This document shows positions 41,833 through 51,112 of a DNA stretch of 64,000 bases, piece after piece (positions within the stretch are counted from its first letter, which is position 1; each line of letters begins with the position of its first letter). The stretch is from Methanobacteriota archaeon. GTDB taxonomy: Archaea > Halobacteriota > Bog-38 > Methanoflorentales > Methanoflorentaceae. Where the stretch lies: contig OY970393.1 in assembly GCA_963720465.1 (NCBI GenBank), positions 2,144,001 to 2,208,000 of the forward strand, in the 5' to 3' direction. The position numbers were made by a program, and so were the translations under genes. Under the pieces are notes generated by a model that had not been told where the DNA came from, searched no databases, and saw only the letters and a program-made list of their open reading frames with translations.

Positions 41833-42203
41833 CTTTGTGAGCGTTAATGGCACACCCCGTACAAAAGGCGCACGCGGTCTAGGCGAGGTTGGTCCTCAGC
41901 CACGCTTGTCGAGTATTTGTCTGTCCGTTCTGGGCAAGATGCTTCAATCCTTCTGCTCTGAGCTTGTGCACTATTCACGGCTCCAAGCCGCAGTGCGTGT
42001 TCAACTATGCAGCTCTTAGTGGTTGGCAACGCTTTGATTTCAGCAACAAAAATGTCCTCCCACCACAAGATGAATGTTAGTTTAGCGCATTCAGTTATCA
42101 ATTTTTGCAAGTTTGTTGCATGGGGGATTTCGCAGCCACTTAATTGACAGAATGTGAATCATAACTTTTTTATGCGCAACGATCTTAAAGGACAGCGATA
42201 ATT

Positions 42204-42419
42204 ATGGCAGAAATTCCACTGGCAGTCGTTTTGCGAATAATGAAAGTTGCTGGAGCTGAAAGGGCTAATCGTACGGCAGTCAAAATGATTGCCGAGAAAG
42301 CTGAGGGTTATGGCAGCGACGTTGCCAAAGAGGCCGTTGTGCTGACGAAGCTCGCGGACCGAAAAACGATCTCGGCAAATGACATAAAACTAGCAGCGGA
42401 ACGAGTCAATCGGCGCTAA
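42204..42419 (+). CDS. Archaeal histone (HMf family), variant
   Basis: EIPLA..RIMK.AGAER, RKTI..DIKLA histone fold. Confidence 0.92.
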   Translation: MAEIPLAVVLRIMKVAGAERANRTAVKMIAEKAEGYGSDVAKEAVVLTKLADRKTISANDIKLAAERVNRR

Positions 42420-42496
42420 CGCTCAGCACATCGTTCGTAATATAAAGCAAGGGCCCACTTCGAGCTCCTCTCTCGAGGCTACTCAGGCTCGTGCAA

Positions 42497-42529
42497 ACCC
42501 CCTATGAAGGCACCCCCTATGAAGGCACC
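42497..42529. repeat. Perfect 15-bp tandem duplication ACCCCCTATGAAGGC x2
   Basis: 42497-42511 and 42512-42526 are identical, followed by a partial ACC. Confidence 0.9.
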
Positions 42530-42591
42530 ACGTCGTGGTCCCGTTTTTAGGAAACGTGGCTTGCGGTAACCACCAGTATCGAGCCAGAGAA

Positions 42592-42662
42592 TGCGGTAGC
42601 CGGGACTCGAACCCGGGTTAAAGGCTTGGGAAGCCTTTGTGCTGCCTCTACACCACTACCGC
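42592..42662 (-). tRNA. tRNA-Gly(CCC)
   Basis: GCGGTAG...CTACCGCA; anticodon arm AAGGC-TTCCCAA-GCCTT. Confidence 0.95.
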
Positions 42663-42781
42663 GATAATACAGCTACATTCTTCGCTCCCAAACCATAAAT
42701 ATTATCATCCAGGTCCAACTCACAACACAGCCTAAACGCAAGGCATTTAAGCGCAGATGCTGATGTAGGTTGGGACTTTTT

Positions 42782-44524
42782 ATGCCAAATAACCTCAGGA
42801 CACCTATTGTTGCAGTGCTCGGCCACGTGGATCACGGTAAAACGACGATGCTTGACAAAATTCGCGGCACCACTATTGCTGCCCAAGAACCTGGCCTAAT
42901 CACTCAGCACATCGGCGCAACGGAAGTCCCGTTAGACATTATTGCGCGGCTTTGCGGTTCGCTCCTGGAAGGTATACGCCTCCCTGGGTTGCTATTTATC
43001 GATACGCCTGGCCATCACGCTTTTACGACGCTGCGCGCACGTGGCGGCGCTTTAGCAGACATCGCAATACTTGTTGTTGACATTAATGAGGGCTTCCAGC
43101 CGCAGACCACAGAAAGCCTCAATATCTTGAAACGCTACAAAACGCCCTTTATCGTCGCGGCTAACAAGATTGACAAAATACACGGATGGCTTTCCCATGA
43201 TAATATGATGTTCACCGAAGCGTTTAAGCTCCAGAGCGAGCGGACTCAACGCCTTCTTGACGACAGAATATACGTGCTGATAGAGGAGCTCTACAATTTG
43301 GGCTTTAGTTCAGATCGGTACGACAGGGTTAGAGATTTCACTAAAAACATAGGCGTTGTCCCAATAAGCGCGCGAACAGGCGAAGGCATCCCTGACCTCC
43401 TCATGGTTTCGCTTGGTCTCGCGCAGCGATTCCTCGACAAGGATCTGAGGCTTAATGCCAACGGTCCTGCATTTGGCACGGTAATAGAAATCAAAGAAGA
43501 AAAAGGGTTCGGCACGACCCTTGATGCTATCATATACGATGGCGTTCTGCATGCTGGTGATCGGATCGTAATCGGTGCATTGGGACGACCAATCGTCACG
43601 AAAATCAGAGCGTTGCTAAAACCAGAATCGACGGGGGCTCTCAAGAGGGTTAGGACAGTGACTGCAGCCGCGGGAGTGAAGATAGCAGCCCCGGGAATTG
43701 AAAATGCGCTTGCAGGTTCGCCGCTTAGAGTTACAACGGATGATACTGATGAAGTCGTCGCTGGCGTCGAATCTGAAATGCGTGAAATGGCGATCAGCAC
43801 TCAAGATATAGGCGTTATAATCAAAGCAGACACTATCGGCGCCCTAGAAGCGCTTGCAGGAGAGCTAAGTCGCAATGAGGTCCCTATCAGCATAGCCAAT
43901 CTAGGCGACGTCTCTCGTCGAGACGTTATTGAAGCTGAGACCACAAGTGACCCATTGTATGCCGTTGTACTTGGCTTCAACGTCCATGTCTTGCCCGACG
44001 CCAAAGAAGCAGCCGAGAAGTCGAGAGTTCGCTTATTCGTTAACGACGTGATCTACGGCTTAATCGAGGATTACCAGACCTGGGTTGAAAAACAAAAAAC
44101 GCTGTACGGCAAAAAGCGTTACGAGACTATCGTGAGGCCCGGCAAATTCAAGATACTGCCTGGCTATGTTTTCAGACAAAACAAACCAGCCATAGTCGGC
44201 ATTCAGGTGCTGGGCGGCACACTGCGTAATGGCGTCTACCTGATGCGAGAAGATGGAGCCAGGGTCGGCACACTGAAAGGCATGCAAGATAGAGGTGAGA
44301 ACGTCAGCGAGATAGGTGCAGGAAAAGAGGTCGCAGTTTCTATTGATGGACCCACAGTCGGAAGACAAATAAATGAAGGGGATGTACTCTACGTCGACGT
44401 GCCAGAAAAGCACGCAAAGGTAATGGAGCAAGAACTCTACGATGCGCTTGACCAAAGTGAGCGATTGATGTTCGATGAGTTTTTGACGATCAAGCGCAAA
44501 GATAACCCATTTTGGGCCAAGTGA
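42782..44524 (+). CDS. infB: Translation initiation factor aIF5B (IF-2)
   Basis: GHVDHGKT, ITQHIGA, DTPGH, NKID; no intein. Confidence 0.98.
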   Translation: MPNNLRTPIVAVLGHVDHGKTTMLDKIRGTTIAAQEPGLITQHIGATEVPLDIIARLCGSLLEGIRLPGLLFIDTPGHHAFTTLRARGGALADIAILVVDINEGFQPQTTESLNILKRYKTPFIVAANKIDKIHGWLSHDNMMFTEAFKLQSERTQRLLDDRIYVLIEELYNLGFSSDRYDRVRDFTKNIGVVPISARTGEGIPDLLMVSLGLAQRFLDKDLRLNANGPAFGTVIEIKEEKGFGTTLDAIIYDGVLHAGDRIVIGALGRPIVTKIRALLKPESTGALKRVRTVTAAAGVKIAAPGIENALAGSPLRVTTDDTDEVVAGVESEMREMAISTQDIGVIIKADTIGALEALAGELSRNEVPISIANLGDVSRRDVIEAETTSDPLYAVVLGFNVHVLPDAKEAAEKSRVRLFVNDVIYGLIEDYQTWVEKQKTLYGKKRYETIVRPGKFKILPGYVFRQNKPAIVGIQVLGGTLRNGVYLMREDGARVGTLKGMQDRGENVSEIGAGKEVAVSIDGPTVGRQINEGDVLYVDVPEKHAKVMEQELYDALDQSERLMFDEFLTIKRKDNPFWAK

Positions 44525-44599
44525 ATTCCCCGCTCGTTTGATCTTCAAATTATCCAGGCATTCGTGCACAGCCGGCCAACAAACAGGAGAGTAATGTGA

Positions 44600-44995
44600 A
44601 TGGCGGAATTTAGGTTAATCATATCCGACCCAGGCAAGAAGAGCGCCTACAAGATGGAAGTGTCAGGTGCGCAAGCAAACAAGCTGTTTGGTCTAGGTAT
44701 CGGGGACTCACTCGATGGTGATGTGATCGGACTAAGCGATTATGCGCTTGTAATAACTGGCGGCTCAGACAAAGATGGCGTCGCTATGCGGCGAGATCTT
44801 CCCGGGACGGTCCGGAAAAGGCTGCTTCTTTCTGGAGGCATTGGGTATCATCCAAAAAAAACAGGGATAAGAAGGCGCAAGAGCATCCGCGGTCGCGTCA
44901 TTTCTGCAGAAACCGGTCAGATTAATCTCGTGGTAGGAAAAAGCGGTCCCAAGCCGCTCGATGAGATCTTGAAGGCTCAGAAAGGGGAGGAATAG
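44600..44995 (+). CDS. rps6e: 30S ribosomal protein eS6
   Basis: ISDP, ITGGSDKDG, G.RRRKSIRG. Confidence 0.96.
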   Translation: MAEFRLIISDPGKKSAYKMEVSGAQANKLFGLGIGDSLDGDVIGLSDYALVITGGSDKDGVAMRRDLPGTVRKRLLLSGGIGYHPKKTGIRRRKSIRGRVISAETGQINLVVGKSGPKPLDEILKAQKGEE

Positions 44996-45189
44996 CCTGC
45001 TGCTGTCTGAAGTGAGTTGCGTCCAGTCGTAAAATGTGCCACGTAGAGCAGCGCCGTCCGATTAGCTCCGTTAAAAAGCGTCTGCGTGCTCCGGTTTTCA
45101 GGAGGACTCACGTATCACAAGCGCAGTTCCCTAGTTTACGCCTATTTAAACCAAGCGCCCAAAAGTGCCTCACGTTTGCCGCTTGGCTA

Positions 45190-46290
45190 TTAACCGAGCT
45201 GCGCAGTCTCTTGTCCTCTGATGAGGCTGCGAAATTTGGTGTGAACTGCTGCTATTTGTTGCAGTTGTTCTTTGTCTCTCTTGTCCAGAACGCTCAAACG
45301 CGGAAACTCTGTGTCGTCAGATGCATTAGCAAAAAAAAGCGCTAGCTCGGGTCGCAAGGCCTGTTTTGGTACTAGGCGCGGGTCTCTCGCGAATTCGCGA
45401 CACTCAACTTCCCATAACGTGGCCAAGTCAAATGCCGATTTGAGTCCGTCCTCTCGGAACGCGGTCAAAACGAGGTAAAGGGGACGAATGTCAGCGCACG
45501 CCATGCCAATGTTGGCATAGGGTAGCGCGTAAGAGTTTCCATTGAACGCAATAGAAATCCCGCCCGCGTTTCGAATCTCTTGAAGCATTTTGTAGTCCGT
45601 AATGCTATCGCCGATTACCGCAGTGTCTGTCTGCCTGCCCACGCCGATCGCTGACATCAAGGCCCGAACTTTTCGCTTACCGCCGACTACTGTGATCTGG
45701 TCGAAGATCGCTTTAATTCGCGTACGAGGTGCAATTTCAAAGAAGAACTCATCAAGCTGGGTTGCCAATCTTCCAAAAGTTGAGGTCTCTGCGTCGTTAG
45801 CGTGGGAATAAAACGAGAGGATCTGGTTTTGAATCTCTTGGATTAACGCTATCTCGCGTTCTTCTACCATGCCGGAAAAAGAATCTAAGGGAAAGCGGGT
45901 GCAGTGCACTTTTTCGCGCTCAACATCAAGCTTTGAAGCTACATTGTAAGCGTGCTGCTCGTAGCTGGTTGAAATAATATGCACGTTCCACATTTCATCC
46001 TTCAGCCACTTGATGAGCTCTCTGGCGCCGCCGACCAGTTGCGCTCGAGAGGAGGCTTTTCGAACATCCTGCTCTGTTATTCCGTTAACGATCAAAAAAG
46101 GAACTATAAGCTGCAGTGTATCGCCAGGCTCATAGTTGGGTCTGTTTTGAATAGCGAGATAATCATCATACCTGCTTAAGACTTCAAACAGCGCGGGTCC
46201 GTCTCTGATTGAGTGCATTACTTCGTATGCATTATCTTGCGGAGACAAGGGCCCTTCCAAATCGAAAGCAGCTGTAAACTGGCGAGGCAC
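45190..46290 (-). CDS. HAD-superfamily hydrolase (COG4030/EhaR-like)
   Basis: FDLEGP, SRYDDYL, ISTSY, GDSITD, AFNGN. Confidence 0.8.
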   Translation of the reverse strand: MPRQFTAAFDLEGPLSPQDNAYEVMHSIRDGPALFEVLSRYDDYLAIQNRPNYEPGDTLQLIVPFLIVNGITEQDVRKASSRAQLVGGARELIKWLKDEMWNVHIISTSYEQHAYNVASKLDVEREKVHCTRFPLDSFSGMVEEREIALIQEIQNQILSFYSHANDAETSTFGRLATQLDEFFFEIAPRTRIKAIFDQITVVGGKRKVRALMSAIGVGRQTDTAVIGDSITDYKMLQEIRNAGGISIAFNGNSYALPYANIGMACADIRPLYLVLTAFREDGLKSAFDLATLWEVECREFARDPRLVPKQALRPELALFFANASDDTEFPRLSVLDKRDKEQLQQIAAVHTKFRSLIRGQETAQLG

Positions 46291-46566
46291 ATTTATATGG
46301 TCTCTCTTCAGATATCAAATATGTTGCCTAAGATAACGCTAGCAAGCCTAGCAAAATAGAACGGCAAAGATTTCGACTTTTAATGTGGATTAATTGGGAT
46401 CGCTAGTTAAGGACGAGAAGTAGCGATATTACCAAAAAGAACCGTATGTGCCTGTGAAAAGGCGTAAGTAAATGAGTGATGCGGCGGGCGCGGCGACAAA
46501 AGGGGGGATTGAAATGGGCGGAGATGTTCTAGAGGTGAGGCCACGGCACCGCGTTATTGAACTAAG

Positions 46567-47145
46567 CTATAGCACCTCGCTTCCCCCGATTTTGTTTCTC
46601 ATGTCTTGTAGCCGATGCGAAATTAGCCACTTGAGCTGCCCGACGTCGTGTCTCTTAGCGCTGATCGGCACTACGCGGTCGGCCCACTGTTTGTAAGGGG
46701 GGAGCATTCCGAGTCGCGACACTATCTTGTCTAAGCTGGCTTCGTGCTCTTCGATCTTGTCCATTTTGTTGATTGCAATTATAGGGTCAATCTCAAAATC
46801 AAGCAAATACTCGAATAAATCAACGTCAAGAGGCTTAAAATGCCGTTCCGTGATCTCTAGGAATGATTTTCCATCGATGACTTGGACGCCTAATGACTGT
46901 GGTCGCCGCTTGTGCCGTTCGCCCTCGATAACGTCGCTTAGCACGCGTCGGTAACCACTCAGCCCACGCCGGAATCCGATTCCAGGCAAATCTATAACTA
47001 TGAAACTATCAAGTTGATATCTCACCGGCGCTCTTGTCACGCCCGGACGTCTTCCAATTCGCGTTTTTAGCCCAAAAAGCTCTTTAAGTACCGCTGACTT
47101 ACCCGCGTTTGCTCTTCCGACGAAAAATACTTCAATTTCCTTCAT
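46567..47145 (-). CDS. engB: GTP-binding protein EngB
   Basis: GRANAGKS, PGVT, DLPG, NKMD, PISAK. Confidence 0.9.
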   Translation of the reverse strand: MKEIEVFFVGRANAGKSAVLKELFGLKTRIGRRPGVTRAPVRYQLDSFIVIDLPGIGFRRGLSGYRRVLSDVIEGERHKRRPQSLGVQVIDGKSFLEITERHFKPLDVDLFEYLLDFEIDPIIAINKMDKIEEHEASLDKIVSRLGMLPPYKQWADRVVPISAKRHDVGQLKWLISHRLQDMRNKIGGSEVL

Positions 47146-47207
47146 AGCTCACTTGGCTACGCCAGCTTCCGATTCTCGCGATTCTGATGTGCTCGATTGT
47201 CAGTTCG

Positions 47208-47534
47208 TCACGTTCCACGCTTGTGTCTTACATAAACTAAAGCTAAGCACAACGCAACTAAAACTGCTGCGTTGGCCGGCACCAGGGTCGAAGCCGTCAG
47301 GCCTACGCTACCCGTCAAGCTGAGTGCGACTGAAATTGCTGTTAGGACCCCCACGCCTATGCCAAAAGATGTGACCAGCGTCTCAATCACGTCAAGATCG
47401 CGTACTTTGAGGCCGACAAGGATCAAATAGCCCGGAAGCAAAACCAAGTAGATTATTCCGAGAATGAAGAGCAAGATGCTTGAAAAGTCAATGTACACGT
47501 CGAGGTTCTCCTGTTGCAATAACGAGGCCTTCAA
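47208..47534 (-). CDS. Small 3-TM membrane protein (DUF1616 N-terminal-like)
   Basis: LLPGY...IE.LV.SFG motif; very hydrophobic. Confidence 0.7.
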   Translation of the reverse strand: MKASLLQQENLDVYIDFSSILLFILGIIYLVLLPGYLILVGLKVRDLDVIETLVTSFGIGVGVLTAISVALSLTGSVGLTASTLVPANAAVLVALCLALVYVRHKRGT

Positions 47535-47561
47535 CAGCCTCCGCTTCGGTAATGCGGGAGT

Positions 47562-49505
47562 CTAACTGTTCTTCACCTTGTATATGGTAACCATAGGATT
47601 TGAATACACGCTCTGAAAATAGTTGGTATCTTTGAGAGTGGTAGCAATTGTATACTGTTGCTCGCGCGAACCCACAAAAACGTACGACACGTTGTGCTGC
47701 GTAAGGCTGAGGCTCAGCGATTCGGGGTTGCGCTCGTTCATGAGTGCGTCTATCTGTGTTTGCAAATTGACGCCGTTGTACTGAATCGTATAGATGGAGC
47801 CTGCAAAAACCACCCTTCGTCCGGTCTCTAGCGGAATGCGCGGAAAAGTGGAAGGCGCCTCGAGAAAGATTGCGTCCTTAGGGGTATTTACTGTTATCCA
47901 CTGCAAAGCTTGTACTTCAGCGGGTGAAGCGAGAACGTATGACTCGTTGTTATAAAAGTCCCAAAGCAGATACGACGTGGGAAGCGCAAGCACAAGTGCT
48001 GCCACAATGGCCAGTACTTTGAGAGCCATCTTTGGTGATGAAAAGTGAGCGGCTGTCAATTTGGCTACTACGGTCGACATATAGTAGCTGGCAAAAAGGG
48101 CGACTGGAAGCCACAAGAATACCAAGAACCGATAGCTGTTATTAGTTAATGGGAGGGCTACGATATTCATGGCTATTATCGCGGAAAAGGCGAAAAGCAG
48201 GAGCGGCTTGCTTGCTTCATTGTTCAACGACAGATAAGCTCCGGCACACGCAAGAATTGCTATAAGACCGAACACGAGCAAAATGAAAAAGAGCGAATAA
48301 GTTGAAAATGCCACTGCAACTTGAGAGGGTCCCCCGATAAGCAAGAATAGAAGAGGCGAAGCGATTGCACCACCAACTGCGAGAGCGCCAGCGTGATACT
48401 GCGCGCACGTAACATGTCTTCTCGCATATTTGTAGACCACATAGATGCCAACTGCTACGTACAATGGTAACGCAGTTATGAGATGATAATAGGGCAGCAC
48501 GCCCAGCGTGAGCCCGAAAAGCAACAAATTTCGTGCTTTAAGGTCCTTTATCAGCGTCACCCACAAGATGAACGCAAATACAAGAATTACCAAAGCAAAT
48601 GTTTGTGGTTGTGGCAGCAAAAAGTACAGCAGAGTCTGATCATATTTAACAGCTGCAGTGTCGGTAAATTGATAAATCAGGTAAGGAAAAACATCGCTCG
48701 GCCTTTGAGCGAGGACCAAAATCCACGCGAGCCCCCCGCCGACCGTGTACAGGATCATAGAAATTAATGCAGTCGCGTTATTAAACGTCCTTCGACACAG
48801 CACGTAGATGTTTATTGAAAGGGCAAAGAAGAGAAGTGGAATCGTGATCTTGAAGATCGTCAGGGAACTAATGCCGGTCACAATGCTCAGTGTCCCCACG
48901 TAGACGTGCATGAAAAAATCATAAACTACATAGTGCGATGGGAGATACGGATTTTCGGGCGGTATGTGTGGGGATTCAACGAATCGTGCTATAATGGAAA
49001 GGTGGAAGTTCAGGTCACCCGCTTCTGTGGGATTCATCACCAGTCCTTCATCGTTAACGACTGGTGACTTAGAGAGGGGAACGCTGACTACGAGCGCGAG
49101 CACAACAGCAAGCAGAATTGGAAGCGCGACAAACGCCAATTTGTGACTCGGCCTGTCTGTCGTAATGTTGCTCTCGGGCGGTTTTACGCTATTTTTTCGA
49201 AAAACAAATGACAATATCGAGACTGTGATGACTGCGAGCCCAAGAGCGGCTCCAGTCATCGCGATGCCGACGCCTGTAAGGTACAGCACTGTCGCCGCAG
49301 TCGGCACTAACACGAGCGTTAGGGAAATAGAGTAACTTATGGCCTCTAAAAGGCCTATGTGCTTGCCCGATTTATAAAGCACATAGAAGCCCAGACCAGG
49401 CAGTATAAAGAGTAATGGAAGTGAGAGGGACTGTAAAGGGAGCAGCAGCAGTACCCCAATTGCTGCCGTCCAGCACTGATATGGAATGAGCTGCGGCCTT
49501 ATCAT
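47562..49505 (-). CDS. Multi-pass GT-C-fold glycosyltransferase-like protein with C-terminal soluble domain
   Basis: GDLNFH..P.ENPY loop, many TM helices, YRF, WI..NTP..A.F, SYVFVG, VYSN..V.IYKV. Confidence 0.75.
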   Translation of the reverse strand: MIRPQLIPYQCWTAAIGVLLLLPLQSLSLPLLFILPGLGFYVLYKSGKHIGLLEAISYSISLTLVLVPTAATVLYLTGVGIAMTGAALGLAVITVSILSFVFRKNSVKPPESNITTDRPSHKLAFVALPILLAVVLALVVSVPLSKSPVVNDEGLVMNPTEAGDLNFHLSIIARFVESPHIPPENPYLPSHYVVYDFFMHVYVGTLSIVTGISSLTIFKITIPLLFFALSINIYVLCRRTFNNATALISMILYTVGGGLAWILVLAQRPSDVFPYLIYQFTDTAAVKYDQTLLYFLLPQPQTFALVILVFAFILWVTLIKDLKARNLLLFGLTLGVLPYYHLITALPLYVAVGIYVVYKYARRHVTCAQYHAGALAVGGAIASPLLFLLIGGPSQVAVAFSTYSLFFILLVFGLIAILACAGAYLSLNNEASKPLLLFAFSAIIAMNIVALPLTNNSYRFLVFLWLPVALFASYYMSTVVAKLTAAHFSSPKMALKVLAIVAALVLALPTSYLLWDFYNNESYVLASPAEVQALQWITVNTPKDAIFLEAPSTFPRIPLETGRRVVFAGSIYTIQYNGVNLQTQIDALMNERNPESLSLSLTQHNVSYVFVGSREQQYTIATTLKDTNYFQSVYSNPMVTIYKVKNS

Positions 49506-49512
49506 GGTACAC

Positions 49513-50637
49513 TTACGTTTCTGGGTGCCTCTCAATGGCTCTTCCGACGCGGGCGTCGAGGAACTGCAGGACCGCAAATGCTCCAATTCCGCCTGCGACA
49601 ATCAACGACTCAATGAAGAAGGTCAGAAATCTGTCCATGAATATATCAATTCCAAGCAAATCGTTCTTCGTGAGCAAGAGCGAGGCTATAATCCACGAGT
49701 ACAACAAGAACCGCTTGTCGACCTTGTTTCTTTCAAGCCAGACAAGCCCGATCGCGGTAAAAGGAAGGACTAGCAGCCCAGCTTGATCGAAGAATCCCAC
49801 CCTAAACGCGCTCGCGAAGAAATCGACCGGGGTGCCTTCGTGATATTTGACTTGAGCTATCCCCAGAATGCTTAAGGTATGCAAGGAGTAGACTTGCCAT
49901 AATCCATAGACTGCAATCGCTGCAACGAGGGGGACAATTGCCTTAAGAAACTCACTCCTGTTTTTGATCTGTGTGAGGGCGTACAAAGCCAAAACGAGGG
50001 CTAGGACTAGAAGCGTGATTTGATGCGTCAACGCCGTTACTGCGGCTGCGATGACGGAGAGCGCCACGTATCCGTTAAACTGAAAAGGCCCTCCCGTTCT
50101 GTTTTTCAGAATAAAAAAGAGAGTAAGCGGAAACATAACGAGTCCAAGGAGCTCTGGCAGGGCCCGAATCGTGAAGATCGTTATGTCCGGCGACAGCGTC
50201 AGGAAGAATAGAGCGCAAACGGCTGCGCTCGCTCCTACAAGCTGCTTCGAGAATGTGTAAATAACGCCGAATACGGCGATCGCCAGCGCAATCGTCATCA
50301 GGCCTGACATCACCATTGGATCTATTCCGGAAAACGCCGACTGCGACACTATGAGTAGCCGATATGCCGGAACGTAAAAGTTCGGAAAGCCGCCGTTGTA
50401 TGAGAGCTCCTGGGTCGGGTAGTGCCCTGATTCTAGCGTCAGCCGTTCTATTCCTACGTGATACATGGTGTTTCCGTACGTAGGTATCACGTAGCCTCCT
50501 AGGACATTCAGACGGTAACTCACAAACAAGATGAATAGAGTGACAATGACGACGTATCTGAGAACGGTCCCAGCGTCAAGCGATGTGAAACGATCGCGAA
50601 TTTTTGCTTTGTCAAGCCACTTGATAGATTCGAACAT
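49513..50637 (-). CDS. GT-C-like membrane domain protein (no soluble C-domain)
   Basis: GNTMYH...GHYP...YVP loop, PE, H..T, DRF; about 10 TM helices. Confidence 0.72.
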   Translation of the reverse strand: MFESIKWLDKAKIRDRFTSLDAGTVLRYVVIVTLFILFVSYRLNVLGGYVIPTYGNTMYHVGIERLTLESGHYPTQELSYNGGFPNFYVPAYRLLIVSQSAFSGIDPMVMSGLMTIALAIAVFGVIYTFSKQLVGASAAVCALFFLTLSPDITIFTIRALPELLGLVMFPLTLFFILKNRTGGPFQFNGYVALSVIAAAVTALTHQITLLVLALVLALYALTQIKNRSEFLKAIVPLVAAIAVYGLWQVYSLHTLSILGIAQVKYHEGTPVDFFASAFRVGFFDQAGLLVLPFTAIGLVWLERNKVDKRFLLYSWIIASLLLTKNDLLGIDIFMDRFLTFFIESLIVAGGIGAFAVLQFLDARVGRAIERHPET

Positions 50638-51112
50638 CCTGATTTGAATATTGGAGCTTGAAGTATTCGCTGTTTTCAAATTTGGTTGCGTTAACCGATA
50701 TCCAGCCAAATCCGCAGAAAACTTGTCTGTTGAGCGGAACGAAAACATAGCTCAAGTCGTATTGTTTGCATAAAGCGTAAGCCTCGCTCGCGCTGGGCGT
50801 TTGGTAGATCTGCTGCGAGGCCTTCATATTCGAGATGGGGTCCGGCGCGTTGGACCAGTCGCCACCCACAATAGGAATGCGGGTGGTCATTCCCATTATT
50901 AGCTCTCCGCCGAAGATGTCCGCCTCAAAATGAGCTGTAGGTAGCGTGTTAGCTTTTATCCATAAGGTAGAGTTGAGCTCTCCGCTAGTCACAACGGGAG
51001 CGAGCCATGGATCACTCTGCGTCCGCACGCTTGCCATGCCGTAGGTAGCCGTTAACAGGAGTATCACGACCAAAAACGAGATTCGAATAAGATTTCGTGT
51101 TAAGCGGACCAT
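50612..51112 (-). CDS. Membrane-anchored stand-alone GT-C/STT3-like C-terminal domain
   Basis: N-terminal TM, LWIKANT, SYVFV, YFKLQYSNQDVRIYQV; matches the C-domain of 47562-49505. Confidence 0.75.
   Translation of the reverse strand: MVRLTRNLIRISFLVVILLLTATYGMASVRTQSDPWLAPVVTSGELNSTLWIKANTLPTAHFEADIFGGELIMGMTTRIPIVGGDWSNAPDPISNMKASQQIYQTPSASEAYALCKQYDLSYVFVPLNRQVFCGFGWISVNATKFENSEYFKLQYSNQDVRIYQVA

Noticed and set aside
42497-42529. Possible CRISPR mini-array
   Set aside because: Only two adjacent 15-bp units, no spacers and no cas genes.
46291-46566. Possible small gene between the HAD gene and engB
   Set aside because: No frame gave a convincing start plus protein-like sequence; the 46472-46696 ORF overlaps engB antisense.
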